A stretch of DNA of 64,000 nt from Elusimicrobiota bacterium (GTDB lineage Bacteria > Elusimicrobiota > Endomicrobiia > Endomicrobiales > JBDRNC01): NCBI GenBank assembly GCA_043811535.1, contig JBDRNC010000029.1, positions 17,459 through 81,458 of the forward strand, written 5' to 3'. The notes beneath the pieces were generated by a model. The model had not been told where the DNA came from, ran no database searches, and worked only from the letters and a program-made list of their open reading frames with translations. Within the stretch, counting starts at the first letter, position 1. The number at the start of each line of letters is the position of its first letter. The position numbers and the translations under genes were made by a program. Positions 9,235-19,431 of this stretch are shown here, in pieces.

Positions 9235-11820
9235 TTAGGTTTTCTTGAACGCGATCAATTCTTCTGTTCCCTTGCGAGAAGCATCCGCCGCGATAGAATC
9301 GCCTTCCTTGAATTCCCCGGAAATTATCTTCTCAGAAAGCGGGTCCAATATCAGTTTTTGAATAGCGCGTTTCAACGGCCTGGCGCCGTAAACCGGGTCG
9401 TAACCCTCCCTTGCGAGCAGATTCCTGGCGTTTTTATTCAGCTGGAGGATTATCTTTTTCTCGGCAAGGCGCTTTTCAAGTGTCTTGAGCTGAATGTCTA
9501 TTATGCCCTGAAGTTCTTCCGCGCCGAGTTTCTGGAAGATTATGATGTCGTCGATGCGGTTGAGGAACTCCGGCCTGAAGTGGGCCCTCAGCGCCTCCAT
9601 GATGTTTTTCTTAACCTCGTCGTATTTCAGGTTTTCCTGTATCCAGTTGGAACCGATATTTGAAGTTAATATGACGACGGTGTTCTTGAAATCAACGGTC
9701 CTTCCCTGGCCGTCGGTCAGCCGGCCGTCCTCCAGTATCTGAAGCAGGATATTAAAAACGTCCGGATGCGCCTTTTCTATCTCGTCAAAGAGTATGACCG
9801 AGTACGGGCGCCGCCTGACCTGTTCGGTCAACTGCCCGCCTTCCTCAAATCCCACGTATCCGGGAGGCGCTCCGAGCATGCGCGCGACCGAATGTTTTTC
9901 CATGTATTCGGACATGTCGAGCCGGATAAGGTTCTTCTCGTCGTCAAAAAGGAACTCTGCCAGCGCTTTTGCCAGCTCGGTCTTGCCTACGCCCGTGGGC
10001 CCGAGGAAAATGAAGGACCCTATGGGCCGTTTCGGATCCGAGAGGCCCGAACGCGAGCGCCTGACGGCGTTGGAAATGACCTTTACGGCCTCGTCCTGGC
10101 CGACAACCCTGTCATGCAGGCGTTCTTCCATCTTCAGCAGTTTCGCCGTCTCGCCCTCAAGCATCCTCGTCACGGGAATATGCGTCCACTTGCTCACGAC
10201 CTCGGCTATATCCTCTTCGTCAACTTCCTCTTTGAGCATCCTCTGCGTTCCCTGAAGCTCCGAAAGGCGCTTGTTCTCTATCTCCAGGTTCTTCTGCGTG
10301 TCCGGGAGCTTGCCGTAGCGTATTTCCGACGCCGCGTTGAGGTCGCCGGACCTTTCGGCTTTCTGTCCGTCAAGCTTCAGTTGTTCAAGCGTTTCCTTTA
10401 ATTTCTGTATCTTGGAAATAGCGTCCTTTTCTTTCTGCCAGTGCGCCTTCATCACCGCGGATTTCTTCTTAAGGTCCTCAAGCTCGGATTCCATTTTTTT
10501 GAGGCGTTCTTTTGAAGCCGAATCGGATTCTTTCCTGACCGCCTGACGCTCAATTTCCAGCTGGCGTATCCTTCTTTCAACTTCGTCCAGTTCCGCGGGC
10601 ATGGAGTCGATCTCTATGCGCAGGCGGCTCGCGGCTTCGTCCACGAGGTCTATCGCCTTGTCCGGCAGGAACCTGTCCGGGATATAGCGGTAGCTCAGCG
10701 TCGCCGCGGCGACAAGCGCGGAATCCTTGATCCTGACGCCGTGGTGGATCTCGTATCTTTCCTTCAAGCCGCGCAGTATAGCAATCGTATCCTCAACGGA
10801 TGGCTCGCCGACAAGTATCGTCTGGAAACGGCGCTCAAGCGCCGCGTCCTTCTCGATTTGCTTGCGGTACTCGTCAAGCGTGGTCGCGCCGACCATGCGC
10901 AGTTCTCCGCGCGCGAGCATGGGTTTGAGCATGTTCGCGGCGTCCACCGCGCCTTCGGCCGCTCCCGCGCCGACTATGGTGTGCAGCTCGTCTATGAAAA
11001 CTATTATCTTTCCTTCCGCCGCAAGTATCTCTTTAAGTACCGCTTTGAGGCGGTCCTCGAACTCGCCGCGGTATTTGGCTCCGGCCACCATCGAGCCGAT
11101 ATCCAGCGCGATTACGGTCTTGTTTTTAAGCGTTTCCGGGATGTCGCCCGAGACTATCCTCTGGGCGAGGCCTTCCACTATCGCGGTCTTTCCGACGCCC
11201 GGCTCGCCTATCAGGACGGGATTGTTCTTGGTCCTGCGGGAGAGCACCTGTATCGTGCGGCGGATCTCTTCGTCGCGGCCTATTACGGGGTCAAGCTTGC
11301 CGCGTTTCGCCAGGTCGGTAAGGTCCCTGGAATATTTTTTGAGCGCCTGGTACTTGTCTTCGGGGTTGGCGTCGGTAACGCGCTGGCTGCCGCGTATGCC
11401 CACGAGCGAGGAGAGCACTGCGTCCTTGTTTATTCCGTGGCTTTTGAGTATCTTTGCCGCGGCGGAAGTCCCTTCTTCGGATATCGCGATGAAGAAATGC
11501 TCGGTTGAGACGAATTCATCCTTGAGATTTTTAGCCTCTTTTTCAGCGAGCGCAAAAACCTTATTAAATGTCTGCGATAAGAACGGCGTTCCTCCGCTGA
11601 CTTGCGGTTTCTTCCGGAGTTCGTTTTCCAGCTGGGTTTTAAGGCCCGCCGGCGTGGTTCCGAATTTGGCTATGATAGCCGGTACTACGCCGTCATTCTG
11701 GCCAAGCAGCGCCAGCAGCAGGTGCTCGGGGGAAAGCTCCTGGTGGCCGGACTCGGAGGCGATATTCTGCGTTTCGGATAAGGCTTCCTGTGCCTTGATG
11801 GTTAGTTTATTTGGATTCAT
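9235..11820 (-). CDS. clpB: Chaperone ClpB
   Basis: Clp N-domain, GEPGVGKT and GPTGVGKT Walker A motifs, long coiled-coil middle domain, [10 protein letters not shown]. Confidence 0.97.
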   Translation of the reverse strand: MNPNKLTIKAQEALSETQNIASESGHQELSPEHLLLALLGQNDGVVPAIIAKFGTTPAGLKTQLENELRKKPQVSGGTPFLSQTFNKVFALAEKEAKNLKDEFVSTEHFFIAISEEGTSAAAKILKSHGINKDAVLSSLVGIRGSQRVTDANPEDKYQALKKYSRDLTDLAKRGKLDPVIGRDEEIRRTIQVLSRRTKNNPVLIGEPGVGKTAIVEGLAQRIVSGDIPETLKNKTVIALDIGSMVAGAKYRGEFEDRLKAVLKEILAAEGKIIVFIDELHTIVGAGAAEGAVDAANMLKPMLARGELRMVGATTLDEYRKQIEKDAALERRFQTILVGEPSVEDTIAILRGLKERYEIHHGVRIKDSALVAAATLSYRYIPDRFLPDKAIDLVDEAASRLRIEIDSMPAELDEVERRIRQLEIERQAVRKESDSASKERLKKMESELEDLKKKSAVMKAHWQKEKDAISKIQKLKETLEQLKLDGQKAERSGDLNAASEIRYGKLPDTQKNLEIENKRLSELQGTQRMLKEEVDEEDIAEVVSKWTHIPVTRMLEGETAKLLKMEERLHDRVVGQDEAVKVISNAVRRSRSGLSDPKRPIGSFIFLGPTGVGKTELAKALAEFLFDDEKNLIRLDMSEYMEKHSVARMLGAPPGYVGFEEGGQLTEQVRRRPYSVILFDEIEKAHPDVFNILLQILEDGRLTDGQGRTVDFKNTVVILTSNIGSNWIQENLKYDEVKKNIMEALRAHFRPEFLNRIDDIIIFQKLGAEELQGIIDIQLKTLEKRLAEKKIILQLNKNARNLLAREGYDPVYGARPLKRAIQKLILDPLSEKIISGEFKEGDSIAADASRKGTEELIAFKKT

Positions 11821-11842
11821 GTTTTACTCCTAATTTATAAAA

Positions 11843-11926
11843 TTGCAAGATTACAAGATTGAAAGATTGCAATGATTAAAAAAGACATTCAATTTTCAAT
11901 CTTTAAATCTTTGAATCTTTCAATGT
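11843..11926. repeat. Octamer-period inverted repeat (AAGATTGA/TCAATCTT family); partial copies near 28241, 34009, 36306, 38795, 43983, 63001
   Basis: ttgcaagattacaagattgaaagattgcaatgatt...ttcaatctttaaatctttgaatctttcaatg. Confidence 0.85.
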
Positions 11927-11933
11927 ATTTATT

Positions 11934-11960
11934 CTGGCACTCTACTGGCTACACTGCCAA
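11934..11960. promoter_or_regulatory. CIRCE element (HrcA operator) upstream of clpB
   Basis: CTGGCACTC-N9-CACTGCCAA versus consensus TT(A/G)GCACTC-N9-GAGTGC(T/C)AA, abutting the -10 box. Confidence 0.75.
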
Positions 11961-11988
11961 TTGTAACATCTGCCATGAAAATTGTCAA
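11960..11988 (-). promoter_or_regulatory. Sigma70-type promoter of clpB
   Basis: TTGACA (11988-11983), 17 bp spacer, TACAAT (11965-11960). Confidence 0.75.
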
Positions 11989-12002
11989 GAGGGGTAGAAA
12001 AA

Positions 12003-12071
12003 GTGATTAGAGAATAGTGATTAGTGAATAGAGAATAGACTAAGCCCTAATCTCTATTCCCTAAGCACTAA
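12003..12071. repeat. Heptamer-period inverted repeat (TAGAGAA/TTCTCTA family)
   Basis: gtgattagagaatagtgattagtgaatagagaatag...ctaatctctattccctaagcactaa. Confidence 0.8.
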
Positions 12072-14041
12072 TTTATAAAAATGTATTTCAGGTATTCGTG
12101 CAGTTTTATGATTAGGGGGGCGAAGACGAGCGCCACTACAGGCATGAGCTTGAGCAGTATGTTAATGGAGGGACTCGAAAAATCCTTGAACGGGTTGCCC
12201 ACCAAGCTTCCGATTTCGGTCGCCCTGTGGGTGCTTGAGCCGGCGCCTCCGAGGTTACCCTGTTCGACGTAGCGGTTCGCGTTATCCCAGATACTGCCGG
12301 TGTTAGAGAGGAAGATCGCGAAGGGGACTCCGGTTACAAGCGAGCCTACGAGGAATCCGCCAAGCGCTTCTATTCCGAGCACGGCGCCGATGAGCACGGG
12401 AAGCAGTATTGTTGTTATCCCGGGTATTATTATTTCGTTCAGCGCGGAAGACATAGCGGTTCCGAGCCGTTTCGCGTATTCAAGCGTTCTTTTATTTTCC
12501 GGCGAGCCGGAATCGTCGGGAACAAGCAGTGTCGTCTTGACTATAGTGCCCATCGTGACCGCGCTGAAAATGAAAGGCACAAGGCCTCCTATCAGAAATC
12601 CCGCGACAACCCCTGGTTTCAGCGCGTTGATTATCTGCAGCCCGACCGTCTGTGAGAAAGCCGTGAAAAGCGCGAGCGCAGTAAGGGCCGCCGAACCCGT
12701 GGCGAATCCCTTTCCTATGGACGCCAGCGAATTCCCGGACGTGCCCAGTTTCGCCGCGCGGTTCCTTATATCCGGTTCAAGGTAAACCATCTCGGCGAGT
12801 CCCTCAGCCTCGTCGGCCAGCGGGCCATAGGCGTCGGCCGCCACCGTCATTCCCGTTATAGAAAGCATTCCGAGCGCCGCGAACGCTATCCCGAGAATAC
12901 CCGCGAAGTGGAACGCGGCTATCGTTGAAGCCGTTATAAGCAGCAGCGGTACCACCGTTGAACCGAGCCCCGCCGCCAGCCCCGATATTATGAAAGCGGC
13001 AGTGCCTGTCCCGGCGGATTCCGCTATCTTCCTGGCCTGCCTGCCGGAAGTCGAGAGCTCGGCGCTGAAGCCGACAAAAATGCCCGCCGCCAGCCCCGAA
13101 AGCGCCGCGAAGAAAAGAGGTTTGGAACCGAACCATTTCGCGGTTATCAGATATATACCGGTAAGAAGTACCGCCGCGGTTATGACTACGCCTATTCGCA
13201 GAGAATTGCGCGGATCGGTCCTTTCGTTCATGCGCACGAAAAGGACTCCCGCTATCGTGGATATCACGCCCCAGCCGGCTATGAGCAGGGCCATCATGAC
13301 GGCTTTCGTGTTGATATCCGGGTTGGGCGAGGCCGCTATCACGATAACCGAAACCACCGCGCCCGTGTAAGATTCAAAAAAATCGGCGCCCATGCCCGCG
13401 ACGCCGCTCAAAGAATCGCTGAGGTTGCCGGCGATAGCCGCGCGGTTTTTTGTCCCGGAATACGCGCCGCAGCCGCACCTCGCGAAGAGCGCGACGGACG
13501 ATGCCCCGAGAGAGAAACCCACGATAAGGTTCGTCGCTTCCACTATTTTGTCGGCAAGTATTGCCTGCGCTGAACCGCTGATATATAAAAGGTAAAGGAC
13601 GGAAAGCCCCAAGAGGCCGATGCCGGCGACGCTTGTACCCATCACCGCGCAGCTCGGGAATAGTATTTCCAGAGCTTCGTCAAGCGAGCGCCCCGCGGCC
13701 TGCGCGGCCCGCGCGCTCGAGCTCGTGGCCACGCGCGCGCCGATAAACCCGGTCAATATGGAGCAAAGCGCCCCGGCAATGAACGCGAACGCCGTTCCGG
13801 ACGCGACAAAAAGAAAAAGCGCGACGCCCATCGCGATGACGAAAAATGAAATGGTCTTGTACTCGTTGAAGAGGAAGACCATCATTCCCTCGCGTATCGC
13901 GGAGGTCATTTGAGTAATTGCTTCGCTGCCTTTGTCTTTTCTGGCGATTTTCAGGGTGAGATACGCGGAGAAGAGAAGGCCCGCAAGCCCGGAAAGGACT
14001 GCGGCCCAAACGCTGGTAAGATCGCCGAATATGTTAATCAT
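12068..14041 (-). CDS. Membrane-integral pyrophosphatase (HppA-family) homologue with degenerate active site
   Basis: GMGADFFES, DAYGPLAD, GKGFATGSA, WDNA, NPFKD motifs of H+/Na+-PPases present; [17 protein letters not shown] loop absent. Confidence 0.85.
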   Translation of the reverse strand: MINIFGDLTSVWAAVLSGLAGLLFSAYLTLKIARKDKGSEAITQMTSAIREGMMVFLFNEYKTISFFVIAMGVALFLFVASGTAFAFIAGALCSILTGFIGARVATSSSARAAQAAGRSLDEALEILFPSCAVMGTSVAGIGLLGLSVLYLLYISGSAQAILADKIVEATNLIVGFSLGASSVALFARCGCGAYSGTKNRAAIAGNLSDSLSGVAGMGADFFESYTGAVVSVIVIAASPNPDINTKAVMMALLIAGWGVISTIAGVLFVRMNERTDPRNSLRIGVVITAAVLLTGIYLITAKWFGSKPLFFAALSGLAAGIFVGFSAELSTSGRQARKIAESAGTGTAAFIISGLAAGLGSTVVPLLLITASTIAAFHFAGILGIAFAALGMLSITGMTVAADAYGPLADEAEGLAEMVYLEPDIRNRAAKLGTSGNSLASIGKGFATGSAALTALALFTAFSQTVGLQIINALKPGVVAGFLIGGLVPFIFSAVTMGTIVKTTLLVPDDSGSPENKRTLEYAKRLGTAMSSALNEIIIPGITTILLPVLIGAVLGIEALGGFLVGSLVTGVPFAIFLSNTGSIWDNANRYVEQGNLGGAGSSTHRATEIGSLVGNPFKDFSSPSINILLKLMPVVALVFAPLIIKLHEYLKYIFIN

Positions 14042-14045
14042 AAAG

Positions 14046-14120
14046 AGATTACAAATTTGCCGATTACAGATTACAGATTGAAGACGTTAATTTGTAATCT
14101 GTAATTTGTAATTTGTAATT
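14046..14120. repeat. Heptamer-period inverted repeat (TTACAGA/TCTGTAA family)
   Basis: gattacaaatttgccgattacagattacagatt...aatttgtaatctgtaatttgtaatttgtaatt. Confidence 0.85.
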
Positions 14121-14833
14121 CATTTGCTTTCGAATTCCTTGCAGATCTCGGCTTTTCTTTCTTCGAAGTATTTGTCTATTTCGGATTTCAGGCCTTCTTT
14201 GGATTCAAGCTTCTTGACGCGGTCTTCAAGTTTTTCGTTTTCTTTCAGGACCACGCGTATGGCTTCGGCAACGGGGTCGGGCAGCTTGCCGTGCTCAAGT
14301 TTTTCCGTGTCCGAAGCCGAGAAACCTCCTGAGACGACCCGGGCCGGTATTCCCACGGCTGTTGAGTTTGGGGGAAGGTCGTGCAGGACCACGGAGCCCG
14401 CGCCAATCCTGGAATTTTCGCCTATCGTTATGGCGCCGAGCACGATGGCCCCGGCTCCGACGACGACGCCGTTCTGAAGCGTGGGATGCCTTTTTTTCTT
14501 TTCAAGCGTTGTGCCCCCGAGCACGACGCCCTGGTAAATAAGCACGTCATCGCCTATCTCGGTGGTTTCGCCTATAACGACGCCCATACCGTGGTCTATA
14601 AAGAACCGCCTGCCTATGCTCGCGCCGGGATGTATCTCAATACCCGTAAGGAACCTGCCGGCGTGCGAAATCATCCTTCCTATGAATAGCATGCCGGCCT
14701 TCCAGAAGAAATTCGCTATTCTCTGCGTCCATACGGCATGAAGACCCGGGTACAGCAACATCACTTCAAAAAACGAGCGCGCCGCCGGGTCTCTTTTAAA
14801 AACGGTCTTGATGTCTTCCACGAATGTCATCAT
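14120..14833 (-). CDS. cysE: Serine O-acetyltransferase
   Basis: [35 protein letters not shown] hexapeptide repeats; start reassigned (upstream ORF extension is repeat-derived). Confidence 0.95.
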   Translation of the reverse strand: MMTFVEDIKTVFKRDPAARSFFEVMLLYPGLHAVWTQRIANFFWKAGMLFIGRMISHAGRFLTGIEIHPGASIGRRFFIDHGMGVVIGETTEIGDDVLIYQGVVLGGTTLEKKKRHPTLQNGVVVGAGAIVLGAITIGENSRIGAGSVVLHDLPPNSTAVGIPARVVSGGFSASDTEKLEHGKLPDPVAEAIRVVLKENEKLEDRVKKLESKEGLKSEIDKYFEERKAEICKEFESK

Positions 14834-14941
14834 AATTTCCTCTATTTTACTATATTTAACTAGGCAGAAACAATGGTCAAATGGCTTAATGGCTGAATTG
14901 CTAACGTCTTTAGCCATTTAGCAATTTGGCAATTTAGCCAT

Positions 14942-15664
14942 TTAATGTATTATTCGTCCTATTATCCATATTAAGACTATTCCGATGAAGAAGAAAAGCG
15001 CGTTCGCCCTGTTATGCTCTTTGTGCGTTTCCGGAAGCAGGTCTGCCGCCGCGAGGTAAAGGAAAGAGCCTCCCATGAAAGCCAGCATCATGCCAAGCAC
15101 ATCGTGAGAAATGCCGCGCAGGAAGAAATATGAAATTACCGCTCCGGCAGGCGTCGCCATGGCCACAAGCGTTGAGAAAGAGATCACGCTTTTTCTTTCT
15201 CTTCTCGCGTGCAGGAGTATGCCTGTTATCGTGATGCCATCGGGTATCTTGTGAAGGACCACCGCGAGCGTCATTATCATTCCAAGCTTGGCGCCGGCTT
15301 CAAAACCCACCCCTATCGCGAGGCCGTCCAAAAGCGAGTGAAGCGTGAGGCCTATCGTGGAAAGAACGCTCATTCTATGCACGTGGCAGGCCTCGTCGTG
15401 GCACGCGTGGAACATCATTACCTGCTGCAGAAGATAGAGAACCAGAAATCCCGCGAAAACAAGCGCGATAGCCCCCGGGTAAAGCCCGGCGGCTTCCGGT
15501 ATCAGGTGAAAGAACGCTATGGCAAGCATCACGCCCGAAGCGAAACTTATGAGAAAAACCGAGTTTCTGGTCGACCACTCCTCTTTTTTTATAACGAGGA
15601 AAGTCCCGAGAAGCGACGAGGCTCCGGCAATCAGTGAATAAATAAGAATTTCTGAAAATAGCAT
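14942..15664 (-). CDS. ZIP family metal transporter
   Basis: SFASGVML, HSLLDGLAIG, LHKIPDG, GSFLY..DLLPE motifs; start reassigned to 15664. Confidence 0.92.
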   Translation of the reverse strand: MLFSEILIYSLIAGASSLLGTFLVIKKEEWSTRNSVFLISFASGVMLAIAFFHLIPEAAGLYPGAIALVFAGFLVLYLLQQVMMFHACHDEACHVHRMSVLSTIGLTLHSLLDGLAIGVGFEAGAKLGMIMTLAVVLHKIPDGITITGILLHARRERKSVISFSTLVAMATPAGAVISYFFLRGISHDVLGMMLAFMGGSFLYLAAADLLPETHKEHNRANALFFFIGIVLIWIIGRIIH

Positions 15665-15681
15665 TGTTATTCCTTGTTGTT

Positions 15682-15813
15682 CGTCATTTCGAGTCCGCCG
15701 TGGCGGACGAAGCAATCTCTGGCCTTTGGGTTTACTGCGGCAGTCTCAGTAGCTGAGATCGCCACGGCCTTCGGCCTCGCGATGACAACGTACAAAGACC
15801 TCCTCGCAATGAC
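15682..15813. repeat. REP/RPE-like palindromic element GTCATTGCGAG...CGAAGCAATCT...CTCGCAATGAC; further copies near 19917, 27473, 29409, 38636, 39973, 49657, 51247, 52553, 63059
   Basis: Recurring gtcat(t)gcgag / gaagcaatctc / gagat(t/c)gc / ctcgcaatgac arms with variable central hairpins. Confidence 0.85.
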
Positions 15814-15917
15814 TGCTTACAGTTGTTAATCCACCTTCGCCCCGCATGTCGTGGCTACGGCGGATTTCAGCTTGCTGTGAACGTCTTATTCAAATGCGGG
15901 CTTGCGCCCGCAGAGCT

Positions 15918-16931
15918 TCAATATCTTTTCTTATGCTTATGGTCGTGTTCGTGGTTTTTATGCGTGTCTTTGTTGTTAACTGGACCCTGGCCCCTGGACC
16001 CCGGCCCCTGATTTTCCGGTCCCTGGCTACTGGACCCTGGGCCCTGTTTTTCTGGCCCCTGTTTCTGAAAGTCGCATACGTTATTTTCGCAGTTGTCGCA
16101 CTCGGCTTCAAGCGTGCAGTGGGTGATGTTATATTTATTGGAAAGGAATTCCCTGACAGAGCACAGGATATCCTGGCTTTCGCGCGTGGAAATGTTATCG
16201 GTAAGCACGTGGGCGCTTAGCGCGCGCTTTCCGGAAGTTATCGTCCAGATGTGTATTTCGTGGAAATCCTTTACGCCGCGTATTTTTTGGACCTCGGCGG
16301 TAAGCTCCTCAATGTCGATATCACGCGGCGCCGCCTCAAGCAGTATATCTCCGGACTCAAACAGGAGGTTTATCGCGCTTCTCATAACTATTCCGGCTAT
16401 TATAACACCCACGAGCGAGTCCATGAAGTTCCAGCCCGTGAAGTATATCGTGATAGCCGCGGCTATCACGCCCACCGAGGATATTGTATCGCCGAGGATG
16501 TGCAGGAAGGCCCCGCGGACGTTAAGGTTCTCGTGGCTATCCTTGTGCAGGAGCACGAGTCCGACGGCGTTGCCTATAAGCCCTATGGCCGCGATAACCA
16601 TCATCATGCCCGTTTGTATGACCTGAGGGTTGAAAAAGCGGTGGATGGCTTCGTAAAAAATGTAAGTTGAGAGCCCGGCCAATGCAAGACCGTTTACGAG
16701 CGCGGCGATTATTTCAACCCTGTGATAGCCGTACGTCCTCCTGCCGGCCGCCGGTTTTTTGCTCCACTGGAAGGCGAGCCAGCTCAGGAATATGGAAAGC
16801 GAGTCCGTCAGCATGTGGCCGGCGTCGCTTACCAGCGCCAGGCTGCGGCTGAAGATGCCTCCGAATAACTCCAGAAACATCAGCGCGAGATTGAGTGAAA
16901 GGATGAAAAGGAGTTTATTGGACCTGTCCAT
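15918..16931 (-). CDS. Cation diffusion facilitator (CzcD/ZitB-like) transporter
   Basis: SLALVSDAGHMLTD, TYGYHRVE, NVRGAFLHILGD, HCTLEAE; His-rich tail interrupted by an in-frame heptamer insert. Confidence 0.93.
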   Translation of the reverse strand: MDRSNKLLFILSLNLALMFLELFGGIFSRSLALVSDAGHMLTDSLSIFLSWLAFQWSKKPAAGRRTYGYHRVEIIAALVNGLALAGLSTYIFYEAIHRFFNPQVIQTGMMMVIAAIGLIGNAVGLVLLHKDSHENLNVRGAFLHILGDTISSVGVIAAAITIYFTGWNFMDSLVGVIIAGIVMRSAINLLFESGDILLEAAPRDIDIEELTAEVQKIRGVKDFHEIHIWTITSGKRALSAHVLTDNISTRESQDILCSVREFLSNKYNITHCTLEAECDNCENNVCDFQKQGPEKQGPGSSSQGPENQGPGSRGQGPVNNKDTHKNHEHDHKHKKRY

Positions 16932-17045
16932 ATCATAATTAAACCATTTTTTTCATCTTCATGCAATATTAAAAAAATCTGAAAATCCTTGAAAAAGCCT
17001 GTATTTTCTGTAATAATTCAATATATACTAAAAGGCGGGGCGCGG

Positions 17046-17966
17046 ATGGGAATGATATACAGACCTGAAAAGCGCGGGAAAATAAGAGTGTACGGCGCTG
17101 TACTGCTGTGGCTGGCAGCGGGCGCCGTTTTCTATTCTATTTCTTTGCCGGCAGGCATACCGTTCTTTTGGACGGCGATACTGCTCGCGGTTCTTGCCCC
17201 TTTCGCCGTTGCGAAAGCCATGCCGGCCGGTCCGGTCGAGGTAAGCGAAGAATTCATCAGGGACGGGAGAAGGATATACAGGCGCGAAATGATAAGGAAC
17301 CCGTCCGTATATGAGAAGGTATGGGCCGGCAGGACCGTCGATTGCGGAGTCAAGTTCATTTTCAGCGGGAACGGCCCTAAATCCGAGCGGTTTATTTCAA
17401 CGTCCCGATTTGACGGGCCCACGAGAGATAAGATACACAAACTGCTCATGCGGGTGATCCCGCTGGAGAACGCCGCCAAAACAAAGACTAAAGAGGTTGT
17501 CGCGGTTTACAGGCTCAGGTTCGCCGGGTGGGCGGTAAAGGAACAGGCGTGGTTCCTTCCCTACCTGTTCATAATAGTCTTCCTGACAGCGGTTTATTAC
17601 GCGTTCAACTGGAATTCACCTGACAGAATAGAACCGGAACCCCTCATTCTTATAATCGGCCCGGCCGCGTTCGCGCTCTATCTAGCGGTGTTGCTGGTCA
17701 GATGGCTGTGGCTGTCAAGATACGTTATCAGGGTCTTGGCGGACAGGATAATGCTTTCCGATAAGAACGGCAGAAAACCTAAAATCACGGTCCAGTACAA
17801 AGATATAGTCCAGTGCGAGGATTACGTCAAGATATCCGGTGTTATCGGAAGAAGACGCAGCATGAACATATGGCTGGCTTCGGGTGAGTACATACCTTTC
17901 CGGATCGGCGGCTACGAAAAAGAAAATGAAATAGCGCAGGTTTTCAAGGAAAAAGCGGGAAAATAG
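17046..17966 (+). CDS. Hypothetical membrane protein (two pairs of TM helices, each followed by a soluble domain)
   Basis: Long ORF with hydrophobic segments; probable start ATG 17046. Confidence 0.65.
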   Translation: MGMIYRPEKRGKIRVYGAVLLWLAAGAVFYSISLPAGIPFFWTAILLAVLAPFAVAKAMPAGPVEVSEEFIRDGRRIYRREMIRNPSVYEKVWAGRTVDCGVKFIFSGNGPKSERFISTSRFDGPTRDKIHKLLMRVIPLENAAKTKTKEVVAVYRLRFAGWAVKEQAWFLPYLFIIVFLTAVYYAFNWNSPDRIEPEPLILIIGPAAFALYLAVLLVRWLWLSRYVIRVLADRIMLSDKNGRKPKITVQYKDIVQCEDYVKISGVIGRRRSMNIWLASGEYIPFRIGGYEKENEIAQVFKEKAGK

Positions 17967-18025
17967 AACAACAGTATCTGGTATCTTGCATCTAGTATCT
18001 AGTAAAGACAACAAATGTATCAAAA

Positions 18026-18057
18026 TAAAAACCGGCAAATTTATTGTCGGTTTTTTT
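18026..18057 (+). terminator. Intrinsic terminator-like hairpin; near-identical copy at 19876-19904
   Basis: aaaaaccggcaaatttattgtcggttttttt. Confidence 0.65.
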
Positions 18058-18167
18058 AATTTCCTATTATATAGTTTAAAAAAGGGCAATAAAGTATTTT
18101 TAAATAATACTTGAAAAATCATTGAAATTCTGGCAGACTAATATTGCAGTATCCTCTAGGGGGCGTT

Positions 18168-18788
18168 ATGGAAAACCTCCCGAAAATACTTGTCTACAAA
18201 ATTGCTCCCGAAGCCATTTTGCTGGAAACAAAGCTGATCACTCCAACCCAGGCCGAAGAGATCCGGAAAATGCTTTCGGAAGCGGATTTGCCCGTTTCTT
18301 TCTACGCCCAATTAGCCGTTGACACGGGATTTGCCGGAAAGCCGGAGGTGCTGAAAGCCCTGGCCGAGCGCTGGCAAATGCCAGTAGAAAGCGATCCTGC
18401 CCTGACGATTGATTATAAATACTTGAATCCCGATAATCCATTCTCGGGCATATTACCGTTTCAGTTCTGCTACGATCATTCATGTATCCCCATATCGGCG
18501 GACGCTGGCACGCTAAAAATTGCCGTACCCCTGCCGCTGGATCCGCTGGAAATGGAAGATATCCGGATGCGGACGGCAAAGGAGGTTATGCCCGTTCTTT
18601 CCATGGTGCGGGAGTTGCACGAACTTCTCGGATTCTATACGTACGTGTGGGAAAACAAGCGTATAGGGCCCGGCGGGGATATCCGCTCGATTATTGAGGG
18701 CCTTATAAAAGAAGGAAAGATAAAAGAAGCGGAGGAGCTTGATCCAAAAGTGACTGAAATGCTGCTAAAACGCGGGAATAAGGAATAA
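18168..18788 (+). CDS. Stand-alone GspE/PilB N-terminal (T2SSE_N/MshEN-like) domain protein
   Basis: EVLKALAERWQMP, CIPISADAGTLKIAVPLPLDPLEMEDIRMRT pattern; no ATPase domain. Confidence 0.65.
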   Translation: MENLPKILVYKIAPEAILLETKLITPTQAEEIRKMLSEADLPVSFYAQLAVDTGFAGKPEVLKALAERWQMPVESDPALTIDYKYLNPDNPFSGILPFQFCYDHSCIPISADAGTLKIAVPLPLDPLEMEDIRMRTAKEVMPVLSMVRELHELLGFYTYVWENKRIGPGGDIRSIIEGLIKEGKIKEAEELDPKVTEMLLKRGNKE

Positions 18789-18809
18789 ATTTGGTAAAAG
18801 GAGGAAAGT

Positions 18810-19343
18810 ATGATGGATCATGCAAGTGATACGGGTGTTGTCAAGAGGCTGGAGACCCTTGAGAAAGAGCTCAGGAGATGGAAAATGATCGGGGGGGTAT
18901 TCGTGCTTGCTGTCTGCGCGCTGGTCGTCATCGGCGCCACAAAGGCGGAACGCTTTGACGATATCACCGTCAAGCATATTTCCGTCGTGGATAACGAGGA
19001 TAAATTGATAATGGAGATAGGAAAGTCATACATATTGAAAGAGGGGCACGGTATATATATTTTGGACGCCGATCGCCACCAGCTGGCGGCAACATTATTG
19101 TGGGCGAACGGGGCTCCGTTTCTTCAACTGATGGGCGAAGGTAAGCCAGGCGTTGTTTTGAATACGACATCAAGAAATGGAAGTTTTTTAATGTTTAAAG
19201 ACACGGCGGGCAATGTCCTTTCCGTCATTGGCGCTGCAGAAGGTAACGGAGTCATGGATATTGTGACTAAGCCCACCGGCACAGGTATTCGCGTATTCTC
19301 TTCGGACATGAACAAGACGTACTGGGAAAGCCCGCTGCGCTGA
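18810..19343 (+). CDS. Hypothetical membrane-anchored beta-rich protein
   Basis: RBS AGGAGG; RLETLEKELRRWK coiled segment, TM helix, beta-strand-like repeats. Confidence 0.7.
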   Translation: MMDHASDTGVVKRLETLEKELRRWKMIGGVFVLAVCALVVIGATKAERFDDITVKHISVVDNEDKLIMEIGKSYILKEGHGIYILDADRHQLAATLLWANGAPFLQLMGEGKPGVVLNTTSRNGSFLMFKDTAGNVLSVIGAAEGNGVMDIVTKPTGTGIRVFSSDMNKTYWESPLR

Positions 19344-19431
19344 TTTTAACCGGCGCGGCAGGTCCGGACTGCAATTCGGTATAAATGTGGTAATAAAATG
19401 TTTTCCTCCCAAGATTTAAAGGAGAATTGAG

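Noticed and set aside
10727..11833. Long antisense ORFs (e.g. 10727-11833, 21543-22628, 44713-45786, 47171-47901)
   Set aside because: They shadow well-supported genes on the opposite strand and show no recognisable motifs.
14834..14917. N-terminal extensions of ORF-track calls (cysE, ZIP, TspO, GT4, feoA, 63110 gene, 5391 start)
   Set aside because: The extensions run through repeat elements or UTRs; downstream ATGs, most with an RBS, fit the family starts better.
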